Assembly (NCBI RefSeq): GCF_964204645.1
Contig: NC_134034.1
Location: forward strand, 9,932,962-9,996,961
From: Tubulanus polymorphus
Lineage: Eukaryota; Animalia; Nemertea
DNA length: 64,000 nucleotides
Direction of reading: 5' to 3'
Shown here: positions 40,166 through 52,500 of the stretch, piece after piece
Layout: each line of letters begins with the position of its first letter
How positions within the stretch are numbered: the stretch's first letter is position 1
Made by a program: the position numbers and the translations under genes
The notes under the pieces: generated by a model
What the model saw: only the letters and a program-made list of their open reading frames with translations
Databases searched by the model: none
What the model was told of the DNA's origin: nothing

Positions 40166-40446
40166 CCCTTTCAGTGCGTCTACACCGCAGTGCAGTGTAT
40201 AAATCAGTGATAGATTTTGCTAGTACACCGCACTGTGGTGTATTGATGTAATTAGTAATTATCTCTATTGAAAGATGGCAGCACCTGTCAAATATAGTGA
40301 AATATCAGTAACTAACGATACACTGCACCGCGGTGTAGACGCACTGTAGTGGTATTCCCGTTATTCAACACACTAGGGTAGAATTTTTTCAAATTCTCAA
40401 ATTATCTCTAGCACTATAGGGTATTAACTAGTCAGCACTGAAAGGG
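40166..40446. mobile_element. piggyBac-type MITE
   Basis: TTAA TSD, CCCTTTCAGTGC TIRs, and interior shared with 36460-36737. Confidence 0.8.
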
Positions 40447-40788
40447 TTAAACTGGACGCCCATGCTCCGACAGAGTGGGCTGGCTAAGTTGGTCCGATAT
40501 AAGCCAAGTCCGAGTTGAGGAAAGGAAATATATGTTAGGAAATCGCAAAAATTGTTTCGTTTTTGCCCGACTTAATCTAAAGTCAGGAGTAGGGCAGATT
40601 TGATGTATCCATTTAAGTAGGTCGAAGTTGGTGACATGATTTCATTTACCCGGTAGTAGTTTTAGCAGAATTTATATTTGCATTTCTTATGAGCTGAAAA
40701 TTTGGCACGAATTGTGGAGATATTTTCATCGTCATCGTAATTCGTGAATTAACGCGCAAACTTAAATTCAAATTGTAGAAACGTTTGA

Positions 40789-41089
40789 CAGGTTTCGGTT
40801 GGTCTCTACCGATTCCGACGCATTCTACTCGATCTATCCCGGAATAGCGTAATCCGTAAACCTGATAGAAACGAACTCTCTACCGGCCGCTTCTATCAGG
40901 TTAACAGATTATGTTATTCCGGGATAGGTAGAGCGTATTGTGGTAGCAAATAACACAAGAAAATTGCGGAATCGGATGAGACAATGGAAACCCTACCGGA
41001 CTCTCTACCGGTCGCTTCTATCAGGATTACACAGATTCCTGGAATAGGTACGGCGTATTCCGCAATCGGTAGAGACCAATCGGAACCTG
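40789..41089. repeat. Foldback/MITE-like inverted repeat with internal hairpins
   Basis: caggtttcggttggtctctaccgatt ... aatcggtagagaccaatcggaacctg. Confidence 0.6.
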
Positions 41090-42871
41090 CCGTTAGTTTC
41101 CTATACGCGTATGATTGTGCAATTATTTAAAATCGGGCATTTCTTTCTTTCTTGTTTTATAAGATATGTAAATCAGGTATAATCGACGAATGTAAAAAGT
41201 TCGAATTCGTCTTGATTTTCGTGTATTTTGTGTAAATATGGTAAAATACGCGCTGTGAATCGGTTGAATAAGTTGCTAGAATGTATTCGGGTCCCATTTT
41301 TCCGGTCCCGAATTTCGGATTTTCTAAAAATCAATTTGCGGATCGAGGGGCTTCGAACTTCTACCGTTATGTCGACAGAGTGGTCAATCAGTCTTGCAAA
41401 TAAGACGCTCATCCTCCCCTCCCAAATTGCATCTTTATGGACATGTTTTTTTTTCTCTGAATCAAACTACTACCGCGATACACTGGAGCCATTACCGTAA
41501 TATAAAAGCTTGCTCATTCAAGGACTGAAAATTCGACACCTCGTCGAGGTCCAAGTTTTAGCCTATATCTTACAAATTCTCTTATTCCAATCGTAAAACG
41601 AATTGTTTTTAGAGTGTATGCTCCAATTCGTATCATGGTAACGACCCCTTCCTCCTCCGAATACCCCCCATCGCGCTGTACCTGATTGAGAGAATTAACG
41701 GTCCTCTGAGGTGAGCAGAGTCCTGTGCGTAGTCCCGAATACGATTTTCAGATCTTTGTTAAACCCGAAAGAAGCCTAGAAGTTCAATTATTATAGTTTT
41801 ATGGTCACCAACTATAATATAGCATTTATCGTGTATGAAAATCAGAAGCGAATCGACGGGTTTTTCTTTTCGATTATTTGCTCAATTCGTTCCGCGTGTA
41901 ATTTTTTTAAATTTCTTTCGATCATCGAATATCAGAGAAAACGAAATGTATAATCGTGTATCGTTGAGTATTCGTCGCGACTGACTGGCGTTCTCGCCGG
42001 CCTGTCGGGAAATTCGCCCGCGTTTATCATTCCTGATCATGACGTTTCTTCATTTCGGAAATATCATGTAAAAACTATTATAGAAAAGACAATAAATCTA
42101 GCGAGTAAATTTTCGTTCGCTGGTTTAAACTCATTGATCATTATTATTGTAATGATGACGATTATGATTATTATTTTTCTTTTTTTTCGTTACCGTGAAG
42201 CGTTTGTTCTTGTTGTTCTGAATCTTAACTCATATACCGTTTCTTATACGTTTAAAAGAATAAGATACGTTATAAAGGTTATATGGAATAAAATGGCAGT
42301 TGTTGAATGTGATAATTATTATTATTATTATTATTATCATCATTATTATTATGAGAACGTTTTACTTGATTGAGATATTTTGTTGTTTTTATGAGAATAA
42401 ATTTGGCTAAATGTATATGATCATATACATGTATATGAACTACTATATATGTAGTGCTCTTGTGCCTACCCCCTCGTGGTAGCTCGCTTTGCCTCGTAAT
42501 TGACGGGGCTAGGACCTATATCATGTTACTCGGATCATCTGGCTTCATTGTCTAGTGGTAAATAAAAGTGTAAGTTCTAAAATATTGCCAGCGTTGTTCA
42601 AATGCTTTCTTTTTTTTTCGTTTATGCGTAATGAATGCTGTTACGTCATGATGTTTGTCAACTATGGCTGGAGACTTGCCAATGTTGGCGATAACGGGTT
42701 TTCTGCCTTGTGGTTAAAAAGTCCTTTTGGGAAGCGTACAAGATTTCAATTAGTCTTTAATACCAGCTCATAACATACGGCTATTTTGATGAAGCGCCAC
42801 CTAGGGGTCAACACATCTACGGGCTATTGGATACAGTCCACTACGTATAAACAGGGAAGTGTCACTTCCCT

Positions 42872-43373
42872 GGGGCCGGTTGCCCAAAGGTTGGTTAAAC
42901 TCCTAACCGTTGGTTAAATCTCTAACTGACAGTTAAACTATTTACCGTCGGTTAGATTGGGTTGCTCGAAAACTTAACCAACGGTTAAATTCCCTAACCA
43001 CTGGTTAAAATTAAACGACCTATGGGGCTATGTTAGGTTCCTTATAACCAGTGGTTAAAAATGGCCAGCGTAGTTTTTTATTGCCTACATTTGGCTACAA
43101 CAGAGTAAATCGACAGTGATTCGAACATCTAAATCAATTTTCGGATGAATGTTTAAGAGAATGATTGCGTTTTGGGATAAACTTTATAGCTGAACTTTTA
43201 CGCGAGGAGCCACGGATAGAAGTCACGCTAGAATATTACCTTTCAATCAAGCGTTGCAATCTTTTTCTGTAAAATTGGCTTTTTGAATTTTCTTGTCATT
43301 ATTAATCAAAACAGACTCCATTTTAACCGGTAGTTAAGAACTTATCCACCGGTTATCTTAACCAACCTTTGAG
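42872..43373. mobile_element. Harbinger-like MITE with taacc/ggtta internal palindromes (right end truncated)
   Basis: ggggccggttgcccaaaggttggttaa ... ttaaccaacctttgag. Confidence 0.55.
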
Positions 43374-44916
43374 ATGTTCCATGTTTGGTCAAAATAACGA
43401 AGATATGGTGTCCTCTGGTGGCAATTGTATGAACTAGAAAACCGCAGATATTTTTGGCAGATTTCACAGCATATGTTTATACTCATATACCAAGTTGAGT
43501 GATTTCTATAATGAAATGAATGAATGACGTGCGAAAAACCGATCTACTAAGTTCAGTTTTTTCAAAATCTACGCCTCCAAGTGGTCAGACAAAGGGTTCG
43601 TTTTATCAAGTACCGGTACATGTCCAGGTAATGCCATTAGTAGAAATGGAAAAATGCATTTAGCGTTTTGTAGGAAGTTTGTTATATGTTGCTATATGTC
43701 ACTACTGGCCTGTGATTTCAGTGAGGTTGCACATTGTAGTGAGCACTGCTCGAAGTTCTATACGTAAATTCATATGGCAGGATCCAGCGAAAAAATGGAT
43801 TCTACGCAAATAGATCTTAGGTAATGCCTGGTGTAATGGGACGTTACTTAGAAATTCTACATCTTAAATAGTTTTTTTTAATGACACGAGCGAAAGACGG
43901 CTTTACGTTAACAAAAACGAATCAGTCGATGAATTTATCAGATATTTTGCTAGAAATAACTGAATCAATCAATCGATGATTGTTTGTTTACCGAGTAATC
44001 ATCGCACTTTACAATAGTTATACATGAAACCACAAATTATTTGAAATACCATTGCAATACAAGAACATAAAAACATAGCGAGAGACATTATTCATGGTAA
44101 AAGCTTTCCTAAAAATTTGTTTTGAGGTTGGCGTTTAAAAGCATCGACGGATTCCCGAATACGGTAAAACATTCCATCTCAGCGATCGTTATATTCATTT
44201 AGAAAGTAGGCCGGCATTTGACTCGAAATTTACGTTCAATTATTATGGTAGATTTTTTTTGTATTTTTATACGTGTACAACTGTCGTAAATGATATACAG
44301 ACTTCGTTGCAATCAAGAGGGTCTGAAAACGATCAGGGTATTCAAATTGTTTGCTTCAATCATTAGTTTTCGATCAAGTTCAATATTCCATATGCTGGGT
44401 GTATAGAGGTGGCGTCGCGTCAGTGTTTTATCATGCGGTAACTTTGATAATTCAGAGATATTTCTATAGATCAATATCTGAATGGGACCCGTGTGCCCGG
44501 TCTATATGCTGGATGTATACAGAGGTGACGTCGCGTGTGTATTCGGCGTAACGTTCCACAAACTTCAGTAAACCCATTCACAATAAGAGACAAACAGCGC
44601 GGCTGCCTATTGGTCAATATTGAAATACGCCACCAGTCGACAGTAAGTAGAATCGCCAGGCCAGTCATTCGTCTCTTGATCTTCACACTGTGCTGACAGG
44701 ATTTCGAATATGGCGTTCATCCCGGCTATCATCCTCGCGATTACGCTGCGCTCTACAAGCTGGTTCCTTCATGAGGAACGACGTCTATATGTTTTACGTG
44801 TTACTGTTTGTCTTCGCACTGTCCTGTACTGTTCTGTGTTTATTAATCCGTTCTTTTTTCAGGTTCTCACCCGTTATATTTTTCAGGGCCGATTTCTCTG
44901 TCGATTTTCAATGTTC

Positions 44917-45752
44917 TATGGAACAAAACTAATGTCCGAAAGCGTCGGCTCATTCGCCGGTCATGTGCAGAGGATGTCAGAAAAAGAGTCGGTCAGGAAA
45001 TGCTGCCCTCTGCACGCCCTCACACAGAACACGAAAACCAGGACAACTGCTTCACGTTAATCATCTAACTGCAGGGTGTGCTTGGCGACGTTAATGACGG
45101 GCAGATCTGTCGGATTGTTCGAGTTAAAAATGGAGTGGTTATACTGGACTGTCACGCCACTGATATTCATTGCGTCCTTGTGACCACCTCGGATGAGGGA
45201 TGGAGTCTACTGTCTCGCCTTTGATTTCTGGTATTCATTGAGTCGGGTGAGGGATTGAGTCTACTACTATCTCGCCTTTGATGTCTAGTATTCATTGTGT
45301 CCTTGTGACCACCTCGGACAGGGATTAATTTTCCTGTCTGCCGTTGAGTGCTAGATTTCATTGTGTCCTAGTGACCACCTCGGATAGGGATGAAGTCTCT
45401 TGTCTGCTTGTGAGTGCTAGGTTTCATTGTGTCCTCGTGACCACCTCGGGCAGGGATGAAGTCTCTTGTCACGCCTTTGAGTGCTAGTTGAGATCCTGAA
45501 TCTCAATTCGGGCAATCTGGTTGTACTGCGCTATTTTTCTCTTGACCAATTTTACAGGTTTGTCAGTTACTAACGTCGCCCAGTACATCCTGTGGTTAGA
45601 TGATGAACATGAGGCGTTGTCATTCAGGTTTTCACGTTCTGTGTGAGGGCGTGTAGAGGGCATCGAAATCCTGGCTGACTCTTTTTCTGGTATCCTCTGC
45701 ACATGACCGTCGCCGGGAAGCCGACGCTTTTGGAAATTAGTTTTGTTCCGTA
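44917..45752 (+). ncRNA. Candidate long hairpin RNA (~235-bp imperfect stem, ~360-nt repeat-containing loop)
   Basis: 44917-45153 is the imperfect reverse complement of 45511-45752. Most transitions create G-U pairs on the + strand. Confidence 0.6.
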
Positions 45753-48700
45753 CCAGGTTTTCATATCTGTTCTTTTTTTCATTTCAGGACTCCCCCAGAA
45801 GACGCCCTAAGAGGACAGAAGATGACGATACTGAACTCGGCAATCTTGAGAAAGTTAAGTTGATACACGTGTAAATTACAAATAATCAAAGAATTGTGTG
45901 ACTACAAAATGTCGTTCTTTAACTCATTCCAGCTAAACTTGGATTTGGAAAGGCCCAGAGATACATTAGCCATCTAGATCCTACCGACCAGAAGTGACCA
46001 CGGAAGACTCCAGCTTAAATTAAATTCATCAACAAAACACCAAGAGACCTTTCGAAACTGAACCTGGCAGTCTTGATAAAAAGCTAAGTTAATTTTTCAT
46101 TTCTGAGTTAGCATCAAGGGCAGGATGCGTATGGCATTTGAGAGAACAGATGCGCTGGTGAAGTTCGGCATCTCAATTTTACTATAATTGAAGATTGAAG
46201 CTCTATGACCGGTATAATGGTTATTAGTGAATTAAAATCTAAGACAATCACTGCTCTAATCTAACTCGTTAGGTCCCATATGAATATTCTTGGCTGAGTA
46301 TTGAAATGTGTAAATAGGTCAGTTATTAATCAACAGATTTTTCTTAAGTATACGTACAATTAAGTATCTTAGGTAGCATCAAATACTTCTCTAGTGTAGA
46401 TATTTCATGCCTCAACAATGAAAATATAGATAGGAAAATTTTCTAATTGACCTATCACACTTGGATATTAACAATAATTCAAATAAAGTTGGATCCGAAA
46501 TCATTGGTAGATATTTCAGGGCCTGCTAAATATACACGCAGGCAAAGATAAACTAGTTATACATATATTATTTATCAATTAAACTTTTTCGTCGTTTAAT
46601 AGATTATTTTAGCGAATGATATATTAATACATTTATAAAGATTGAGGCAATACTTTACATCACGTGTTGTGTGCTGTTTGACCATTTTCATTAATGAATT
46701 TCTCGGCGGATATCGGCTAGTGTCTAGGGCAATATCGAGATCTGGGTATTACATTTGGGGAAGTAGACTAAGGGTATAGTTGCTATATGTGATTTTAGAA
46801 ACCATGATTTGGTCTCTACACCTTGACGAATGTGGGATAAACCAAAGCTTTAATTGATTCATTTCCTGTTAGTCATGTTTGGATGAAGCATAAGGATTAT
46901 TGTTTAATCAATGATTAGAATATACCTAGAACAAATTAGGACAATATTAGCCAATTACTTAAACATCTAGTGAATTCAATATCTGATGTAAGATTACAAA
47001 TTGTTTTCATAGATATTATCAAACTGATAATCGAAATATAGCTGATAGATAATCTAAGTGAATCCATCACATCCAACTATTAGTTGAATACATAATATAT
47101 CTATTCGCCAAAATCAGTTTAAGGCAGATTTACCTTCGATCCAATAATCGAGATCAACAAATCTGCATATCGGACACACTGTCGTGAATTTTGATGGGTG
47201 AATATTCCAATATTCATTGTGTATTTAGATTGAGAACCTTATTCTGACAGGAAATCCTCAACTTAAGTCTTTCTCCTCTAGCTAATATCTCTCCTTAACT
47301 AATCTATTCTTCAAACTATTATAGTATCATTTCACCAAGCACCGCACTATGGACGTCCTGCCGATAAAAGGTTTTCAGTCGTCGTACACAGTGTACTGTA
47401 AAAAGGAAACATAGAAATGTGACTTAGGCAATTTCTAATTAAAACGATGATGTAATGATGGATTCAAATAATGATAAATTCAAATAAGAAGTCAAAATAA
47501 TGATTCGTTTTAACTTGAATCATGTCTGAAATTCTTTAGCTTAGACTAATTAATTCAATATCTTTACGTTAGAAGAGAAATAAAGGAATCTAGCTAAGAC
47601 AATATATTAATTACATATATACAATGAAGATTGATTCAATATCTTCATAAAAGAGTTTAAATCCAAACTGGATGAGTTGATTAGATAACTCAATGTGGTC
47701 TAATATCGTCAGGAACGAAGATCTATCTCACTGGGCTTCTTATATGAGGACTGTAATGAACCAGTTAGGTTTTGGTGTCATTCTGGACTCGTCAAGGTTT
47801 GAGCAAGGAATCGTAGTTTCTTAAGTCCGTAGAACCACGTTCATATAGGATGAGTGATTCTGACAGAACACTGCTCGGAAATCAAGCAGAGCCTTGCATC
47901 GGGAGCAATATTTAGAATTACTGAAATAGATACGAATGCCATTTATTAGGTACAGGTGGGTAGGAAACATTTCTAGATTTTCCAAATCTTTACAAAAGTT
48001 TATTAACCGACAATAATGTTAATTCGATAATAGGAATATTGTTTAGCTGACAATTAAAATGTAGGGTAATTACTAGGATATAGGTAATCAAATTGCCGAA
48101 ATAAACTATAGCTAAAACTATAGCTGTATAGCTCAATAATTAATGGATTGTTTAAATATCTAGAATAAAGATGGATTTAAATGATCTGAAATTCTTCTAG
48201 TATAGACATTTCAGACCTCTATATTGTTCGATAATTTGCTATTATTGAAATTTGCATGTAACGGTCCGCACGGCTGATCTTATATCCAGCCTCATATTCT
48301 ATTGTCACTAGTCTTAAACAGTGATGTATTAATGCTGCTAAACTACTTTTAATTATTGGGGTTTTTAAACCGCAGTGAATTTTGATGAATTTTCCTATAC
48401 GAAAAACATGGCGGCTAGTAATTCAAATTAACGTGTAAATTATCATCAATGCTTGTTAGGATCGTCTGCCTCAAAGAATGTTCTTCTTTACTTATTTCAG
48501 CTGAATTCTATCCTGGAAATAATGCTCCATGATTGGTAGATGACAACCGAAAAATTAAAATTAATTTGTGAATTATAATCAATGCTAATTAGGATGGTCT
48601 GCCTAAAAGGATGTTCTTTTTTTTCTTAATTCAGCTAAACTCTATCCTGGAAATAATGGGCTTCGATTGGCAAACGACAACCAGAAGTAGACGACTACCG

Positions 48701-49586
48701 ATGCCGATGAAAACTACTGCAGACGTCCAGATGAGAAGTTGTGGAGCCAGCAGCAGCGAGTTATCGCCCAACGATGGATTTCTTCCACAAATAATGGTGG
48801 ATTTCTACCAACACTGATTCAGGAGCAGCAGCAGCGGATCCCGTTAACACTCGAGGAGCAGCATGGACAATAGCGCATCTTATAAACACTGATCCAGGAG
48901 CATCAGAGACAATAGTGTATCTTATAAACACTGATTCCGGAGGAGCAAAGATATTAGTTCATCTTATAAACACTGACTCAGCTAATGAACCTAATTAGAA
49001 CCACTTGAGGAGCAGCTAGTGCCTCTTATAAACATTTTAGGAGCAGTAAGTGAATCGTATAAAACTAAGGAGCAACTGAGACAATAGTGGACTTCAAAGT
49101 ATAGTAAAGTACTGATTTATTTTTACACTTCACACTTGTACAAATTGGTCTAAAATCTTAGTCAGAAATGTAGTTCACGAAATCTACCAGATTACAGTCG
49201 ACTTAGTGGTGGAACAGAGTATGAATTCTTTAATGAAATTGAAGTTAGGATAATTAGGGTTCTGTAGTCTTAGAAGACTACGTTTGAATATTTCAATAAA
49301 ATCGCATCCAAATACTGCCATTTGTGTATTTAAACATTTACCCGAGATAAAACACCAAGAGGATTATGTGTTTTAATCTGAATAAATTTCACCTTTATTC
49401 ATGTTAGTTTATGATATTATTTACAGCAATCGTACATAAATTTAAAGCAACAAAATCAATCGGCACATAATTTTATAGATGGCAAAGCTGTTCAGTGTAT
49501 TAAATAAAATGCAGCAGTTATCACAGGGATATAGGCACTGTTTATAGGCACTGCGCCATTTACAAAGACGCATCCAAGAAGAAAGC

Positions 49587-52500
49587 TCACGACAATTGAA
49601 ACGCAGGAAACCGCGCGTTATTCGGGCTCAAAATATCCGCTAGAAAGTAAATTGTACCTGCCAAACCTGAAAAAGACAAGCTTACTAACTTAAAAGAGCT
49701 ATTTTTTGGTTAAATTTGTTTCCTTTATTCATTTTCAGTAAAAGTAAAAGAACATTTATTTACTAACCTTCAAATAATGAATAAGGTCGGTCAGGGGTTC
49801 TACAATCGTGTTTACCATAATCTAAACACCATTCAGCGAACTACAAAAAATGTATTGAATTTAATTTCACCTTGTCCGTGTGGGTTCAATTTGTTCCACG
49901 GTTGTGTGGGTTTAATCCGACTGTGGATCCAGTTCCACAGTTGTGTGGGTTTTATTTGACTCTGCATTCAGTTCCACCATTATGTGGGTGTAAATTGACT
50001 CTGGTTGCGGCCAGGTTTAATTAGTTCCCAGTAGAATCAATGTACCTACCTGTATGGCTCTGTAAAGCCAGTTGACGTCACCAGTGAGTTTATATAGGAT
50101 GAGGAACGTGTAAGCATTACCCCCCGTGCCGTGACATATACCATAACCTTTTTTCAACAAACCACGCTTCCAAACGACCTCGCCGCACTGTTTTAATTTC
50201 GACAAATATGTGTCATCTTTAAATGTCTGCAAAGCAACAACAGGAGGATATGAATTTAAAACCAGTTAAAAAGGAAAGGTTTCTTATCTCAAGTTATGAT
50301 ATTTAGGGAAATATTGGCGAGGAACTTCCAAAATACCTTATTTGCATAATTTATGCATCTATTTATGCACCATTTTATGCACCATTTTCAAAATTCTTGA
50401 GCGGCAATTGAGAATTCCTTTTGCCAAACATGAGAATTGACTAGGTATCACTAGTGTGATTGAAGCAGGACATAACTTTTGTGGTAACAGATGATTCCAT
50501 TTGTGGCAAGTGATGATCCACCAGGTGTCGCTCGTGTGCAGTAGGACATCAAATATTGTGGTAATAGAGGATTCCTTCAATCCATGGCAAATGATGACCC
50601 ACCAGGTGTCGCTAGTGTGCAGTAGGATATCAACTACTGCACTGGAAAGTGAAGATCCACAAGGTGTCGCTAGTAGTTAGTCGATATGAAACTGACTACC
50701 GGTATTGGTGGGACAGAACCATATTGACTGCAATTCAGAGCTCAGCGACTTACTCACCTTATACGCCATGGCGAACATGAAGGCCCAACCCGGAGCTCCG
50801 TGACACCAGTGTACTAACTTATCCCCACTCCGGCTGCCGATGGACGAGGGAAAATTTCCCGATGGAAACTGAAGCGTTGACAACCAATCGACGGTCGGAC
50901 GAACAAAACGATCGAGTTGGCTGAGAAATTTCTCATCATTGCACTGAAAATGATTATTCTGGTTTAAGGGATAAATTTAGATGAAAATCAACAAAACCTT
51001 AAATACGTGAAACCTCTGGATAAAACAACATTATACATTTACGCAAAGATGGATCAACTACAAATTAGATCCATATCTAACCCAAATTAAGCGGGTTTTA
51101 GACTAACGATCAAATGGCCCATGAAAGGCCCAAAATGCCCCAAAATGAACAAACATACATTCAACCATCGATTATTTGCCAGCCTCAGTTTTACGCACTA
51201 ATTTCTAATCCCTGATTACAAAAATTCAGTTCACTGTCAATTGAAATCAAGCTAAAAAATCTATAACTTGTATCTCATTTCTGCTGAGCTTAAAATTTGA
51301 TGCGGGCAGCCACCTGTGTACCCAAGACATAACTTTTTCTGAAATCACGATCAAGCTAACCATAACAGGCAGTTATAGAAATGGCAGACCTGGCAGTTGT
51401 AGAAATGAACTGATTAAAGATTTGCAATTTACAAACAAAATGACATGGCCGATTAGGAGAAACAAGGTATCAATTTTTCAACCTTATGTTCCGTTACTTA
51501 TTACCCATCGAGTCCACAATCAAGAGTTTGACTGGATTTTGCTCATAAAATCCTTAAAGGGGCCTAATATATACAATGAATAGATAGTAAAGTTAGCGGA
51601 TACGTACTTGCATGAGTATGTACATGATACCAGAGATCCCGTGAGCTGCTCCGAGATATTTACTATCGTGCCATTCGTACATCAACGGCGCTTGAGAGTT
51701 CTCCGCGTGCGATAATCTACGTCCGGACTCGATTATACGATTAAACACCTGTTAAAACAAACAAACGTCCGAATATTGGTACATTGTATTAGAATTCACG
51801 GGTGGATTTAGGGGGTGTCGTCGGCGGTACGGACCCCTGACGTTCCATTGGGGTCGCCCTTTTTCAGTTGTTCATTTCTCCGTAATGATCTAACGCCAAG
51901 GGGTGGAACTTCACTAATAGCCTATGACGCCCTGCTTTATCAAAAAGATGCCTTTGTCATTTCATCTGGACCCCTGCCTTCCAAGAAACGCCCCTGGGAT
52001 TCTCAAAAATCAGAAATTCGCCGACTTCCCTGCTCCCTGTACTGGATTCCCCAACTTTTTACAGAAAAGAAATTCCCCTGATTTCCAGGTAAGACTGTCC
52101 ACCCTGCGTTATGTTGTTCTATGATGAGCGCTATTTCTACCCTTCTATTACCGAAATGGATCAATCATCTAACTATTCTTGCCTTAGTTACCTTTTCAAC
52201 AATGGACTGATCGACGGCGCCATCCCCTAGATGAAGCCGTACAAACAATAACGCGTACAAATAACCGACTCTGCCGAACAACAGCTCGTCGGGAGGGCTG
52301 CCCTTACAAACGCTGTCATGGAGACTTATCAATCTGAAATTGACTTAATAAATGGGTTTAAGAAGACCACAGTTGCCTATTTCTGAAAAGTGCTATCAGT
52401 AACAAATTGAATATTATTTCGGGGAAAAATTTCATTGGAATATAATATAAAAGAAAATTTTCAAATTAATCAGTAATCTACGTTAAGACCCTCAGCAACA

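Noticed and set aside
44710-45060. 116-aa ORF with a hydrophobic N-terminus
   Set aside because: It runs through polypyrimidine/acceptor-like sequence into the hairpin arm and has no recognisable domain. It cannot be fully excluded.
45160-45490. Hammerhead ribozymes in the hairpin-loop repeats
   Set aside because: No CTGANGA plus GAAA core on either strand.
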